From contig CM120644.1 of NCBI GenBank assembly GCA_051362555.1, forward strand, positions 18,622,534 through 18,686,533: a stretch of 64,000 bases of DNA. The letters are read 5' to 3'. The translations under genes were made by a program, and so were the position numbers. Within the stretch, counting starts at the first letter, position 1, and the number at the start of each line of letters is the position of its first letter. Origin of the DNA: Lingula anatina (taxonomy: Eukaryota; Animalia; Brachiopoda). This document shows positions 1-12,552 of the stretch, piece after piece. The notes beneath the pieces were generated by a model, which had not been told where the DNA came from, searched no databases, and saw nothing but the letters and a program-made list of their open reading frames with translations.

Positions 1-34
1 ACATGATGGCATTCATAAGCCCCCCCCCCCCCCC

Positions 35-71
<37 letters not shown>

Positions 72-307
72 ACACACTCGAACGCACGCAGAGGGCTAAA
101 TACTAATAGTCTAAACAGAGACGTGGTTGATCTTGCTGTTAAATAATATGAACTAAAGAGGTATAGTACAATACGATAAGTTGGAAAATAGTTTGGTCTT
201 GGTTTGTCTGTTCAAATAATAATAATTATTATCATTATTATTATTATCAGTATTATCATTAAAGGGGGGGGCGAAACAATTCCAACTTTTCTGTAGGCCC
301 TATCCGA

Positions 308-352
<45 letters not shown>

Positions 353-549
353 AGAGAGAGAAGGGGGGTTGATAAGCATTATCACAAACGTATTAATTTG
401 ATCTATTCCCAAGAAAATGAATAAATGTGGTTCAGTGGGTCATGGAAAATATTCCCATGAAGCAAAATCATAATATCTGTAATAACACTGGGAAAAATAA
501 TTTACCGGAATTATATTGCACAATATGTGTATATGTATAGGTACTTTAC

Positions 550-3500
550 CGTTCATACAACAAGAGCAGCTGTGTCTGTTCCCTCCTCTCCGTCCAGGTC
601 CTCCGCCGGGGCTGTAGCGAAGCGGCGGTAAAATACACGTGGGCGTTACCATGGCACCGCAGCGGTAGCACGGGCTGGTAGTGCCCATCTGGGCCCACCC
701 TCTGAAAAATTCTCAATTTGATAATGTTAAAATGAAACCAAAGTAAACATAGATCAAATATTAACCAAAATGGACCTTTTCTTTCAAACCCACCCCTGCC
801 CTGGTTGGGGTACATAAATGCATGAATGGATAAATAAATATACAAACAAAAGAATAAAGAACATAAAAGAGCACCAAACTGTATATGTGACAAGGTTGTT
901 CGTTCCCTCCACATACTGTCGAACTAACTGTGGATCGATCTGTCTCCGAGGGGATTCTAGCTAAATTGCAATCAACTTAAACGGCTTAGATTTCTGTCAC
1001 GCCTATTGAAGCTGCTGGGGTAATTAATTATCGTTAAGCAGCTCCAGTAGGCGTGCCAGACATATAAGCAGCTTAAACTGAAAGCAATTTAGCGAAAACC
1101 CCCTCGGAGATGGATCGATCCTGTCAGAGCGATTTAGGTATGGGAACTGCGGTGTAAAGAAGCTGACAGAGAAAGAGAGAGAGAGAGAGACAGAGAGAGA
1201 GAGACAGAGAGACAGAGAGAGAATGAGAGAGAATTAAAGGCGGCCGTACACTGATAGCCTGTTTCAAGTTTTAAAGAATAAGACCCACCTAAAATCATTT
1301 CCACACTTATTGCAATGAAATTCTGCATAGCCCCACTCTTTATCTCTTGGTATAGCATCGAATTTTACTTTACAGCCATAACACTTTGAAACCTACAAAA
1401 ATAATTTGTCATTTGAAAAAATAACAGGAGATCAAATCTGAATGGTTATAGTTCAAAATATTATTTTCTTTTTTTCTTTTCTGTATCATTACTTTAAGCT
1501 TAGACTAGGTTGCCATTCCTAGATCGACCTGACAGGATCGATTCATTTCCGGGGGGTTCTCGCTAAATTGCTTTCAACTTAAGCGGCTTAGATGTCTGGC
1601 ACGCTCACTGAAGCTGCTAAACGATAATTAATTACCCCCCCCCCCCCCCCCAGCAGCCTCAGTAGGCGTGATGGACATCTAAGCCGCTTAAGTTAATTGG
1701 AATTTAGCGAGAATGCCCTCGGAGATGGATCGATCCACCGTTAGTACGATAGGACCAGTCTCGCACATGTACTGTTTGAGGTTGTTGCTTTGCGAAATGG
1801 CGCTAAATGTCAGAAGTTGAGAAGTCGGAAATGAACCCTGGGCGTCAGTTTCCGCTGCGACCTGTCTTGTACAATAGCGCCTCTTTACGCATTATGAAAG
1901 ACTATGGCGCATTCACAGCAGCGAAGTAACAGATCTGCGGATCAAATATAGCCGATCCACTAGAATGCTTGTAATGTAATCCCTGCGGGGTATCTATTCA
2001 GTGTCTAATCGGCAATTAAGCGGCAAGCTTTTTAGCATGTCGCCATATTTGATCCGCAGATCTGTAATTCCGCTGTTCTGAAGACACTAATATTTCTATC
2101 AGAGCAGACTGTCTACTAGCAAGCTGAGGCCCAGCATAACGGACGAGGGCGGTTTGATCTCCCTGGTATGAAACTTACTAGCTTTCTTGCAGGGACTCGT
2201 CTCCACCAGGAGTGGTCACAGGCTTGGCACCCGAATTGTCTGATCTCTACAGAGAGGCGTCCTCTTTTGGCCTCACTTGTCCGGGGAATAACCTCGATCT
2301 GCAATTATTTAGACGTTTTGATAGTGTGTGTGTGTTTTGGAGGGGGGGGGGCATGCATATGCGTGAGAGAGAGAGAAAGAGAGAGAGAATGTGCGGTTGT
2401 GAAAGGAAGGCAAGTGACGGAGAAAAGAGAGATGGATAGAGCTGATAAACAGGAATATACATGTACATGTTTGTAAATGAAGCATAGAAGAGGATCTCTT
2501 TCTCTCTCTCTCTCTCTCACACACACACATGCACACACACACACTCACTCACACTTAATAAAAATAACTTCAATTAATAACCGAAATAAATATCTTTTTC
2601 CAAGTTAATCTGTGAAACACTATTAATTTACCCAGCTTTTGGCCTCTTCTCGTATTTCCCGTCTCAAATCATCAGGCTTTTCTAAAATAGAAACAGAAAG
2701 CCAGATATACGACTGAAACAGAAATATTTTGTTTATTAAAACAGCGCATTTTCAAAATTCATTTGTTCATTTTAATTGGCCTGTGCCTTTGATCCGAGTG
2801 TTTGCTGCTTTAAAAAAATCTACAAAATGATAAACATTACGGCCTATTAGACAGACAAATCGATTAAAAAAATCATTATTGACAAGATACCATTCTGTTT
2901 ACAATTGTAGGTCTCCACTCACTTTCCAATACATAACAAGCCGCCTCTCTAATATCGAAGTCAAATTTCTCGACAAGATATCTAGCTTCGTTTTCAGTGA
3001 AACGTCCTCGAAAAAGTTCGCGGAATGCATTGAGCTGAAATCAAAACATGTATCATACGTGAGCATGAAAAAGTCGATTTATTACACGAATTAAATAACA
3101 TATTGTTTTTATATGTAGTATTATCATTTGTGTGAGTCGTTTAATACCAAACTTACACACAGGACTGCTTATTTTATACCTGATTACATGTTCTCATGGG
3201 ATTCTACCGACACATCCAGATATTGCAGGTGATGGACTTACATATAATGTAATATAACTTACATAGTATGTCATGGAGTGAATGAGTAAAGAAAATTCTC
3301 GTAGAAAATGGGTTTGAAGATGTATGGCTTAAACAGAAAGTAGACAAAAACTTCATGAAAACTTAGAGACAGTAGTATACAACTTTGGCATAGTAGAATA
3401 TCACAAGAAGACCTCAAGTTGAGAACGTGTAAAACTTTCAAACTTCAGAGAGTTATCTTGATATAATTCAAGATAAAGAAAAACGTCAAACCATAACCAA

Positions 3501-4856
3501 ATTTAGAATCAGCAGCCCCAATTTGCACATTGAAACAGGACGCCATGTCAAAGGTAAACCAACACCATTTGATAAAAAGAAAATGCCACATCTGCCACTC
3601 TGGAGTTATAGAGGATGAAGAGCACTTTTTAATTACCTGCCCCCTGTATACAGAATATAGAAATAAACTATTTCAAATAGTACAAAGCGCCCATACATAT
3701 TTTACAAATTTAAACAACAAAGATAAATTCTTCTTCAGAATGAACAAGAGACGGTGATAATATGCTTGGTTAAATTCATTAACCTCACTTTTGACAAAAG
3801 AAACTGTGCTATATCTTCCACTTTGTGATGTATAAATACTTGCTATAAATATGAAGGTTTGTTTCACATAGTAGAAAATGGCTCTTGCATAATTAATAGG
3901 CCCCCTATCTAAATCTTAGTCACGTATAAAATACTTGTAGTGTGATGCTAGCGTACGATCAGTGCTAATTCATGACAAGATTTTCTGCTGTGAAGAAAAA
4001 GGGCATGAATTAAACTGCTGGGCTGTTGGAATGTTTGTTTCTCCTATATAAGCCTTTATAAGGCTTAATAAACGAATTAGGCGTTTACTAAGACTATATA
4101 TACCTGCAGATCTCAACGTCCATATTAGCCACTAAACCCACGAATTAACCAACACACCGTACAATTATTTAGCACCAACAAAACGTTACTAAGCACTAAC
4201 ATTCAAATTTACGCCTGCCAGTACAGTGTAGGTGGTGTAGGCCCTATGTCGGCCGTAGCTCGTTTTCCACTATAACTAGGCTGGCACAGAGAGAGTTTGA
4301 TGACAATTAGCATAGTTTACGACATTTGCCCAATTATGCCACTCACATATTGCTGGGCAGTGATGTAACGAAGCGTTACTGGGGCGTAGTTAAGACGATC
4401 AGTTTTTGCTATCATTTTTGGTATTTTAGTGGGCAGGCGGTGTCTCTTGGTACGGTTAACAACTATGATTCAGCTAGTCCAAATTCTTGTTTCAAGAGGA
4501 GACCTAAAACAAGCAACTTAAGAAATCCAGGATCATTTAACAACATCCCCTACCCCCCCCCCCTCCGCCCCAACCGAATCATCTAGGCTTCATTATCGCA
4601 GCTGCTGTTAGTATTTGCCTAGCAAAGAAAGATTGATGAATGTCGTGAGCGTTAAATGAGAAAATTTTCGCAGGGGTTGTATATCAGGGGACCCCTCTGA
4701 GCGCCGAACACCGTTATTGCAAAAGATGTACTGTAACTTAAATTGCTTTGAATATCTTTGTGCCCCCCCCCCCCTCCCATGCACACTCAAAATCCCGGAT
4801 CTCTTAATGGAGAACAAATGTACCTTTTTTTCGGCGTCCTCTTCAACATCAGCCAT
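550..4856 (-). CDS. SHFL: Shiftless (SHFL/C19orf66/RyDEN) homologue, copy A; exons 1-6 in window, last exon predicted just left of position 1
   Basis: Exons 4856-4824, 3034-2923, 2681-2632, 2298-2179, 1392-1289 and 701-550 have GT..AG introns in continuous frame. Translation: [35 protein letters not shown]...[83 protein letters not shown]...RHSCS. This matches recalled human SHFL motifs [37 protein letters not shown] and GWAQMGSPSPCYGCG...PTRILPP. Confidence 0.92.
920..1147. mobile_element. Palindromic Harbinger-like MITE (GATCGA.. family), present only in SHFL copy A intron 5
   Basis: Self-complementary ~225 bp sequence. Related copies lie at 1512-1755, 8518-8752, 9709-9921, 14504-14727, 53040-53327 and 62209-62408. 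It is absent from the paralogous site near 9075. Confidence 0.7.
1512..1755. mobile_element. Palindromic Harbinger-like MITE shared by both SHFL copies (paralogue at 8518-8752)
   Basis: Hairpin structure at the same intron-4 position in both arms, so it predates the duplication. Confidence 0.7.
3270..3800 (+). mobile_element. Decayed 3' fragment of a non-LTR retrotransposon ORF2 (RTE-X-like C-terminal zinc knuckle), only in SHFL copy A intron 1
   Basis: Frameshifted translation ...[22 protein letters not shown]...[32 protein letters not shown] matches the R.S.H.L.IE.GR / C..C..EDE.HF...C..Y...R LINE motif. Confidence 0.8.
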
Positions 4857-5570
4857 ATTCTGCGCCAGATGTTCTTCACTCACGGGTATCGACTTGTCCT
4901 TCGTCTGAACACGGCAAATAAACACATATTTAAAACCTTATCGCCCTCCCAAGGTGAAGGCTAAACGAGCACGTTGATATAAATTTGAACTATATCAGGT
5001 CAACTGCACAGTATATATATAGGCTATAGAGCTGTGACAACAATGCTGGCGTCCTTGGCTTTATTTAACATTATTATTTTTTTTTTTTAAAGCCAGCTTG
5101 TGCTTGTAGCATGAAAACATCTAGCACTTGCCCTCTTTAAAGCAGGTACACACTTATGAAGGTTTGAAAATTCACTTACATGCAACTATTTGTCAGAACA
5201 GCGTGCACATTTTGTAGAAGGTTTCACTTCTGGTTATTAACGAGTGACGTCATTGTCGACCCAGATATTTTCACGTGACCGAAATGTCATTAAGGGCGTT
5301 GCGATATGGCTAAACGTCAGTACTGCTTTTTATGTCCTTTCATAGCTTATTTCCGCTACTTAGTTATATAAGCCCCCTTATATGTTTGAAAAGAATGATT
5401 TTAAAAAAGTTTTGGCATGGAGGAGTAGGGTCTGCTAGGAAATTTGTGGCAAATTCTTATTTATTTTTGATGTTTGTAGTCACAGATATGCATGTGTATA
5501 CCTAACCCGTGCGTATAACGTATATTTGTGGGAATTTCTGTGGGAATGGTCCCTAAAAGTATGTCTGTCT

Positions 5571-5617
<47 letters not shown>

Positions 5618-5870
5618 TTCATGCTACTAGCACGTGCTGGCTTTTTTAAATAAAAAAATAATGTTGAATAAAGACACGAACGCCAGCGTTGTTGTCACAA
5701 CCCTATATCTATATACTTTGCAGTTGACCTGGTATAGTTCAAATTAATATCGACGTGCTTGTTTAGTCTTCACCTTGTAAGGCCAATAAGGTTTTTTATA
5801 TGTGTTTAGTTGCCGTGTTCAGACGAAGGACAAGTCGATACCCGTGAGTGAAGAACACTTGGCACAGAAT
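4857..5870. promoter_or_regulatory. Putative shared bidirectional promoter of the two SHFL copies
   Basis: 1014 bp separate the divergent ATGs. The unique core (~5130-5610) contains TTTCACTTC (5222-5230, IRF-element-like GAAGTGAAA on - strand), CRE TGACGTCA (5245-5252), E-box TCACGTGA (5271-5278) and kB-like GGGAATTTCT (5530-5539). Confidence 0.55.
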
Positions 5871-8800
5871 ATGGCTGATGTTGAAGAGGACGCCGAACAA
5901 ACCGAACAAAAGGTAGGCCTTCATTTGTTCTCCATTGAGAGATCCCTGATTTTGTGTGTGCAGGGGGAGGAGGGGGGGGGGGGATAAAGACATAAAAAGC
6001 AATATAAATTACAATTGTAGCAATAACGGTGTTCGGAGCCCAGAGGGGTCCCCTGAATAGAACCCCTGCGAAAATTTTCTCGTTTAACGCTCACTCACGG
6101 TTCTCAATCTGTCCTACGTGTAGAACGTGTTTTTCTATTTTAGTGAAAAATGTTCTTAATCTGTTCTAGGACATTCTGAGGGACTTCCCAAAAACAGTTC
6201 TCGAATTGTTACATTTAATACAGAACAACATTACGATTGTAAAAAAAATACAATAAATGCTCTAGAATAGATTGAGAACAGCTAGTGAACGTTAAATGAG
6301 ACAAATTTTCGCAGGGGCAGGGGGTGTTATTAGATTATCTTGATCATGCCCTTTTACTTCACAGCAGAAAATCATATCTGTGAATATCTTATGGATAATC
6401 AAAAGCCTATTTTGTCACATTTTTTCTCTGTCGTGTTCGATAGGGACATGAAAAATTACATGTAAGTCCATCACCTGCAATATCTGGATGCAGGCCCGTA
6501 GCCAGGGGGGGGTTCGGGGGGGGGGGTTCGAAAGAACCGCCCCTTTTGTCGGGAAAAGGTCCATTTTGGGTAAAATTTTATCTAGGTACACATAAGTTTT
6601 ATTTTAAAAGGTCCACTTTTTCAGAAAAAGAACCCCCCTTTTGAATTTGCTGGCTACGGGCCTGCGATGTGTCATTAGAATAAATCCCATGAGAAAATGT
6701 AATCAGGTATAAAATAAGTAGTCCTGTGTGTAAGTTTGGTGTTAAATCACTCACACAAATGATAATTCTACATATAAAAACAGTATGTTATTTAATTCGT
6801 GTAATAAATTGACTTTTCATGCTCACGTATGATACATGTTTTGATTTCAGCTCAATACATTCCGCGAAGTTTTTCGAGGACGTTTCACTGAAAACGAAGC
6901 TAGATATCTTGTTCAGAAATTTGATTTCGATATTAGACAGGCGGCCTGTTATGTATTGGAAAGTGAGTGGAGACCTACAATTGTAAACAGAATGGTATCT
7001 AGTCAATAATGAGTGTTTTTATGTAATTATCAATTTGTCTACCTATTAGGCAGTAACATTTATCATTTTGATGAATTTTTAAAGCAGAAAACACTCGGAT
7101 CAAAACATAGGCCAATTAAAACGAACAAATTAATTTGAAAATGCACTGAGTTAAATAAATAAATATATCTGTTACATTCTATATTCGATTTTCTGTATTT
7201 GTTATAAGCAACGCCTGAGGATTTGAGACGGGAATTACGAGAGGAAGTCGAGAGCGAGGTAAATGAATTATGTTTCACAGATTAACTCGGCAAAAGATAT
7301 TCATTTCGATTATTCATTGATGTCTTTGTATTTTATGCGCGCCAGCGCGCGCGCGTGTGTGTGTATGTGTGTGAGAGAGAGAGAGAAGAAGAAAAAGAGA
7401 CCCTCTTTTTATGCTTCATTTACAAAAATATGTTTCCTGTTAATCAGCTCTATCCATCTCTCTTTTTTCCGCCACATGCTTTCCTTTTACAACCGAAAAT
7501 TCTCTCTCTCTTTCTCTCTCTCACGCACACGCATGTCCCCCCCCTCTCCCCTCACACACACACTATCAAAACACATCTAAATACTTTCAGATCGAGACCA
7601 TTCCTCGGACAGAAGAGGCTAAAGAAGGACGCATCTCGGTAGAGATCAGACAATTCGCGTGCCAAGCCTGTGACCACTCCTGGTGGAGACGAGTCCCTGC
7701 AAGAAAACTAGTAAGTTTCCTTACAGCGAAATCAAACCGCCCCCGTCCGTTATGCTGGGCCTCAGCGTGCTTGTAGACAGTCTTCTCTGATAGAAATATT
7801 AGAGCGCATTCAGAAAAGCGGACTAACAGATCCGCGGATCAAATATGGCGACCAACTAAAAAGCTTGCAGCTTAATTCTCGATCAGACACTGTATAGATT
7901 TCCCGCAGGTATTACGCAACAAGCATTCAAGTGGATCGGCTATATTTGCTCCTCAGATCTGTTAGTCCGCTGTTCTGAATGCGTCCTTAGTCTCTCATTA
8001 TGCGTAAAGAGGCGCTATTGTACAAGACAGGTCGCAGCGGAACCTGACGCCCAGGGTTTATTTCCGACGTCTCATTTTCGGCACGGGGGAGACTGATTGT
8101 GCCCGGAAGTGACGTGTAGTGGTGTTAGAAGCGAAGCTAAGTGGTCATTTTAAGCTGGAGGTGAACGGGAGAGAAAACGTGTAGTCGGAGGAAAAAGAAG
8201 TTTTCTAAACAACATGGTAAAATAACACTTTTACTTTACGCATTTTGGACAGAGAATACTTGTAGAAATAATAGGTGCATGATATGAAAACGTGACACGG
8301 AACTTGAAGGTGCAAAATCGTGCTTTATTTGCTGTCAATTTGTTTTGAAATACAAATACCAGCGCGCCAAAGAGCGTCAAGGGAAAATAATTCCCGGGAG
8401 ACTATAAATCGTTGTCATGTGGAATTTAAGCATTTAACCATTTCCGACGTCTCATTTTCCTACATTTAGCGTCATTTCGCAAAGCAACAACCTCAAACAA
8501 TACATGTGCGAGACTGGTCCTATCGTACTAACTGTAGGTCGATCTATCTCCGAGGGGATTCCCGCTAAATTGCAGTCAACTTTAGCGGTTTAGATGTCCA
8601 TTACGCCTACTACGCTGCTAGGGGGTAACTAAACTGTCGTTTAGCAGCTTCAGTTGGCGTGCCAGACATCTAAGCCGCTTAAGTTGAAAGCAATATAGCG
8701 AGAAACCCCCGGAAATGGATCAATCCTGTTAGGGCGATCTAGCTATGGAAACCCAGTCTAGGATTAAAATAATTATACAGAAAAAAAAACAAGAAAAACA

Positions 8801-9020
8801 CTTTGAATGATAACCCACCAGAATTGACCTTGTATTATTTCTCAAAAGACAAAATTATTTTTGTAGGTTTCAAAGTGTTATCGCTGTAAAGTAAAATTCG
8901 ATGCTTTACCAAGAGATGAAGAGTGGGGCTATGCAGAATTCCATTGCGAGTGTGGACACAATTTTAAGTGAGTTTTATTCTTTAAAACCTGAAACAGGTT
9001 TTCAGTGTATTGTCGCCTTT

Positions 9021-9064
<44 letters not shown>

Positions 9065-10021
9065 TTCTTTACACCAACAGTTTATGTGGTGGGAACGAAC
9101 AACCTTGTCACTCATATGATGCTTCTTTGTGCTCTTTTTTCTTGTGTCTGCATATTTATTTACCTATTCATGCCTTTATGTATCCCATCCAGGGCCGTAG
9201 GCTCGTGGGGTGCAAAAGAAAAGGTTCATTCTGGGCAACATTTGATCTAGGTACACAAAGCTTTCATTGTAAAAGGTTTCCTTTTTTTGTAAAAAGACCC
9301 CCCCCCCCCCTTTTGTGAAATAGCTGGCTACGGACCTGCCTGCATCAAAGTGAAGTTGTCGGCGATAATAATCGTGTCCACATTCTAAGTTATCAAACTG
9401 GGACATTTTCAGAGGGTGGGCCCAGATGGGCACTACAAGCCCGTGCTACTACTGCGGTGCCATGGTAACGCCCACGTTTATTTTACCGCCGATTCGCGGA
9501 GGACCTGGACGAAGAGGACGGAATAGACACAGCTGCTCTCTTTGTGCTGAAGGTAGTGTACCTATACAGGGTTCACATATTGTGCAATTCTATTTCGGTA
9601 AATGGTTTTTCCAGTGTTATTGCAGATATTGTGAGTTTTGCTTCATGGGAATATCTTTCATGACCCACTTAACAGAAATTATTATTTTTCTTGGTAAGAT
9701 CACGTCAGCTCTGTTCCCATAGATTTTAGATCGATCTATCCCAGCGGGGAGTCTCACTAGATTACTTTCAGATAATCCGACTTAAATGTCCGTCCCGCCT
9801 ACTACAAGCTGTAAGAGGGTAATTAACTTTCGTGTCAGCCCGGCTGACAGCTATTTAGCGTGAACCCCCAGGGAGTTAGGTCGATCTAAAGTAGGTCGAT
9901 CTAATCTATGGAAATGGGGTGTAACACGTTTGTTCTAATGCTTATCACCCCCCCCCCCCCTCTCCCCCGGCTTGGTCTTGGTTTGTCATTTGAAATTATA
10001 ATAATAATAATAATAATAATA

Positions 10022-10060
<39 letters not shown>

Positions 10061-12505
10061 TAATGTTGAGGGGTGCGGTGGCCCACAAGTGCACTCCAAA
10101 TTCCAAACGACACTCCCAATTCTAAACCTCACACCGAATACTTAAACTTCACTCTCAATTCTTAAACCCCACTCCAAATTCGTAAACCCCACTCCGAATT
10201 CGCAAACCTCACTCCGAATTCGTAAACCCCACTCCGAATTCGTAAACCTCACTCCAAATTGAAAAAGCTCACTCCGAATTCGCAAACCCCACTCCGAATT
10301 CGTAAACCCCACTCCGAATTCGTAAACCTCACTCCGAATTGAAAAAGCTCACTCCGAATTCGTAAACCTCACTCCGAATTCGTAAACCCCACTCCGAATT
10401 GAAAAAGCTCACTCCGAATTCGTAAACCTCACTCCGAATTCAAATTTTAACCCCGTTCACTGCCGTATAAAGTCGGAAGTAATATTCTAAGGGTCGGTGT
10501 ATGGGGGGGCAAAGTGATTTCCATTTCGTCAGAAAATGAAAAAACGGCCGTTTTTCCTTTTCATTTGATAAATTGTCAAAATGAAATGGAAAATCAACCT
10601 TGATTTTCGTTTTTCCTTTTAAAATGAAAACTGGAAAAACGAGATTATTTTTCGTTTTTTCCGCTTTTTTATAACATAAAAAAAACAAAAAACGACAGAT
10701 TTCCAAACGTGATAGAAAATAGAAACATCCACTGTTTTCCCATGTCAAGAGAGTGAAATATATTAGAAAATACGTCCTTTTCTCCTTCTGTGAAGAAATG
10801 AAGTATCGAAGCATGTTCATTTTTTGCCATTATGGTTTCAATGGAAAAACGGAAGTCAGTTCGTTTTTCTGATTTTCATTTTGGAAATAAAAATTGGAAA
10901 ACGGAAGTATATAAAGACATACAGACAGAAAAATGGCAGTCCTTGAAACTTTGACTTCACAAGACTAGGAGTATTCCTGGTGTTGTATAAGTATTCGGAG
11001 ATTTAGTAAATAACTTTAAGAAAAATGAATTAAGGAATTTCAGAAATTCTAAAAACTGTGGACAATTATGGATAAACAATGCACCATCGCTGTGTGTGGT
11101 TTAGAAATATGAAATAGGCCCCTAGGTTAGTGCCTAGGTCTTAGTGGAGAAGAAATGAAGGTTGGATCTGTTTCTATGGGGGCGTCTCGATAGTCCGAAG
11201 GTTCATTGGTCCGAAGGTTCATTGGTCCGAAAATTCGTAAATTTTTCATCAGATTTTCAACAAAAAGGTTCATTGGTCCGAAGGTTCATTAGTCCGAAAA
11301 TTAAAGGTCCATTGGTCCGAAGGTTCATTAGTCCGAAGGTTCGATAGTCCGAAACATTTTAAGATGTTCTTCGATTTTAAGAATTATAATTACAAACGGA
11401 ATCTAAGGGTGTGTTCCCAACGAAACTATCATTCTACGTAGATTGATCCAACTCCACCAGGATTCTCACTGTATGCAATCAGATTAGCAATCCTGGAGCT
11501 GCTAGGGGGTGATTAACTTTCGTGTGAACTCAGCTTCTAGAATCTTTATCATTTCGTTTTGAGTGCGACCGAAACGCACGTGAAAATTATCCATATAGGT
11601 CGTATTGTTTCCGTGAACTACTCTTTACAATGTGGGGAAGTTTGGGGATATGCAATGGCTACCCTTTCCAACTCATGAACACCATACATGTTACACATGA
11701 AATATTGAATAAAGATTGGAACGCATAAAATGAGAGGACGCCTATAATGACATTTTCTTACGATGTCTTAAGATACTATGATTAGAATTCAAATTCTTCT
11801 AACCTACACATTTCTTAAATTATGTAAAAGTTATAGAATAATTGCATTTCCAAACAAACTATGTTGTTGTTCGCACAGCCCACTCCCCTACCCTCCCCCC
11901 CCCCACCCCCCCCCCCCCAAAAAAAAAAAAAAAAAAAAAAAAACAGCCGTTCCGCCAGCAGTACTGTATTACTCATAGGGATGAGGATGAATTAACTGGA
12001 GTGTAAACTTGGCATATAAACAAAAATTACGAGCATTTACGAAAACAAGCTTTTCCCTTACTAGGCCTTTAAACATAAAAATTGTATCAGAATACAGTAA
12101 TATGCTCAAATATCCACAAATAGTAATACATATTTAATTCCACCCCCTCTTCCCCAGCAATACTGAAGGTGCTGAAACGTTTATAATCTGAAATAGAAAT
12201 GTGGCAAAGCCATATCAACCCGGTGGGCCTATTTATTTATTTATTTATTTATTTATTAAACGTAAAGTACAAGTGAGAAGGCAGTTTGAACATGTTGAAA
12301 TATTCTAAAACAGTTAAACTTCTAATCTGATGAACAACATCAAAAATGCTGTCTTTGTAACAAATTCATTTAAACGAAGAAAAACGTACTCTGCAAAAAG
12401 TAGATACACTTGTGACTCGTGAGAAAATTTCCATTTGATTTTACAAAATAAACCTTTGCAGTTAAATATCGTCAACTTCCAATCCCATGAAAAACATCAA
12501 GATCT

Positions 12506-12552
<47 letters not shown>

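Larger units (their letters stand above)
1..9960. repeat. Large inverted (head-to-head) segmental duplication; left arm ~1-5125, right arm ~5612-9960, continuing at 19912-20125
   Basis: Exons and introns of 1-5125 match the reverse complement of the right arm, e.g. 5030-5125 vs 5612-5700, 2760-3250 vs 6460-7140 and 1-180 vs 20016-20125. Confidence 0.95.

Noticed and set aside
2168-2548. Short ORFs rich in ER/CV/SL repeats (also at 41329, 49922 and 61473)
   Set aside because: They are translations of (GA)n, (CA)n and (TAA)n microsatellites.
4640-4700. GTTAAATGAGAAAATTTTCGCAGGGG, which translates like the SHFL 'REKF.G' motif
   Set aside because: It is on the wrong strand, contains a stop and recurs as a small repeat at 6063 and 6286. 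The true exon 2 supplies this motif.
1-9960. Inverted duplication as an assembly artefact or haplotype fold-back
   Set aside because: The arms differ by many substitutions and by arm-specific insertions (LINE fragment, MITEs, the 360-bp insert), which indicates a real and not very recent duplication.
10090-10442. Regular 20-bp repeats (also 16-bp at 11190-13005 and 39-bp at 28280-28460) as a CRISPR-like array
   Set aside because: There are no unique spacers and no cas genes, the context is eukaryotic, and the arrays are mirrored inside transposon TIRs.
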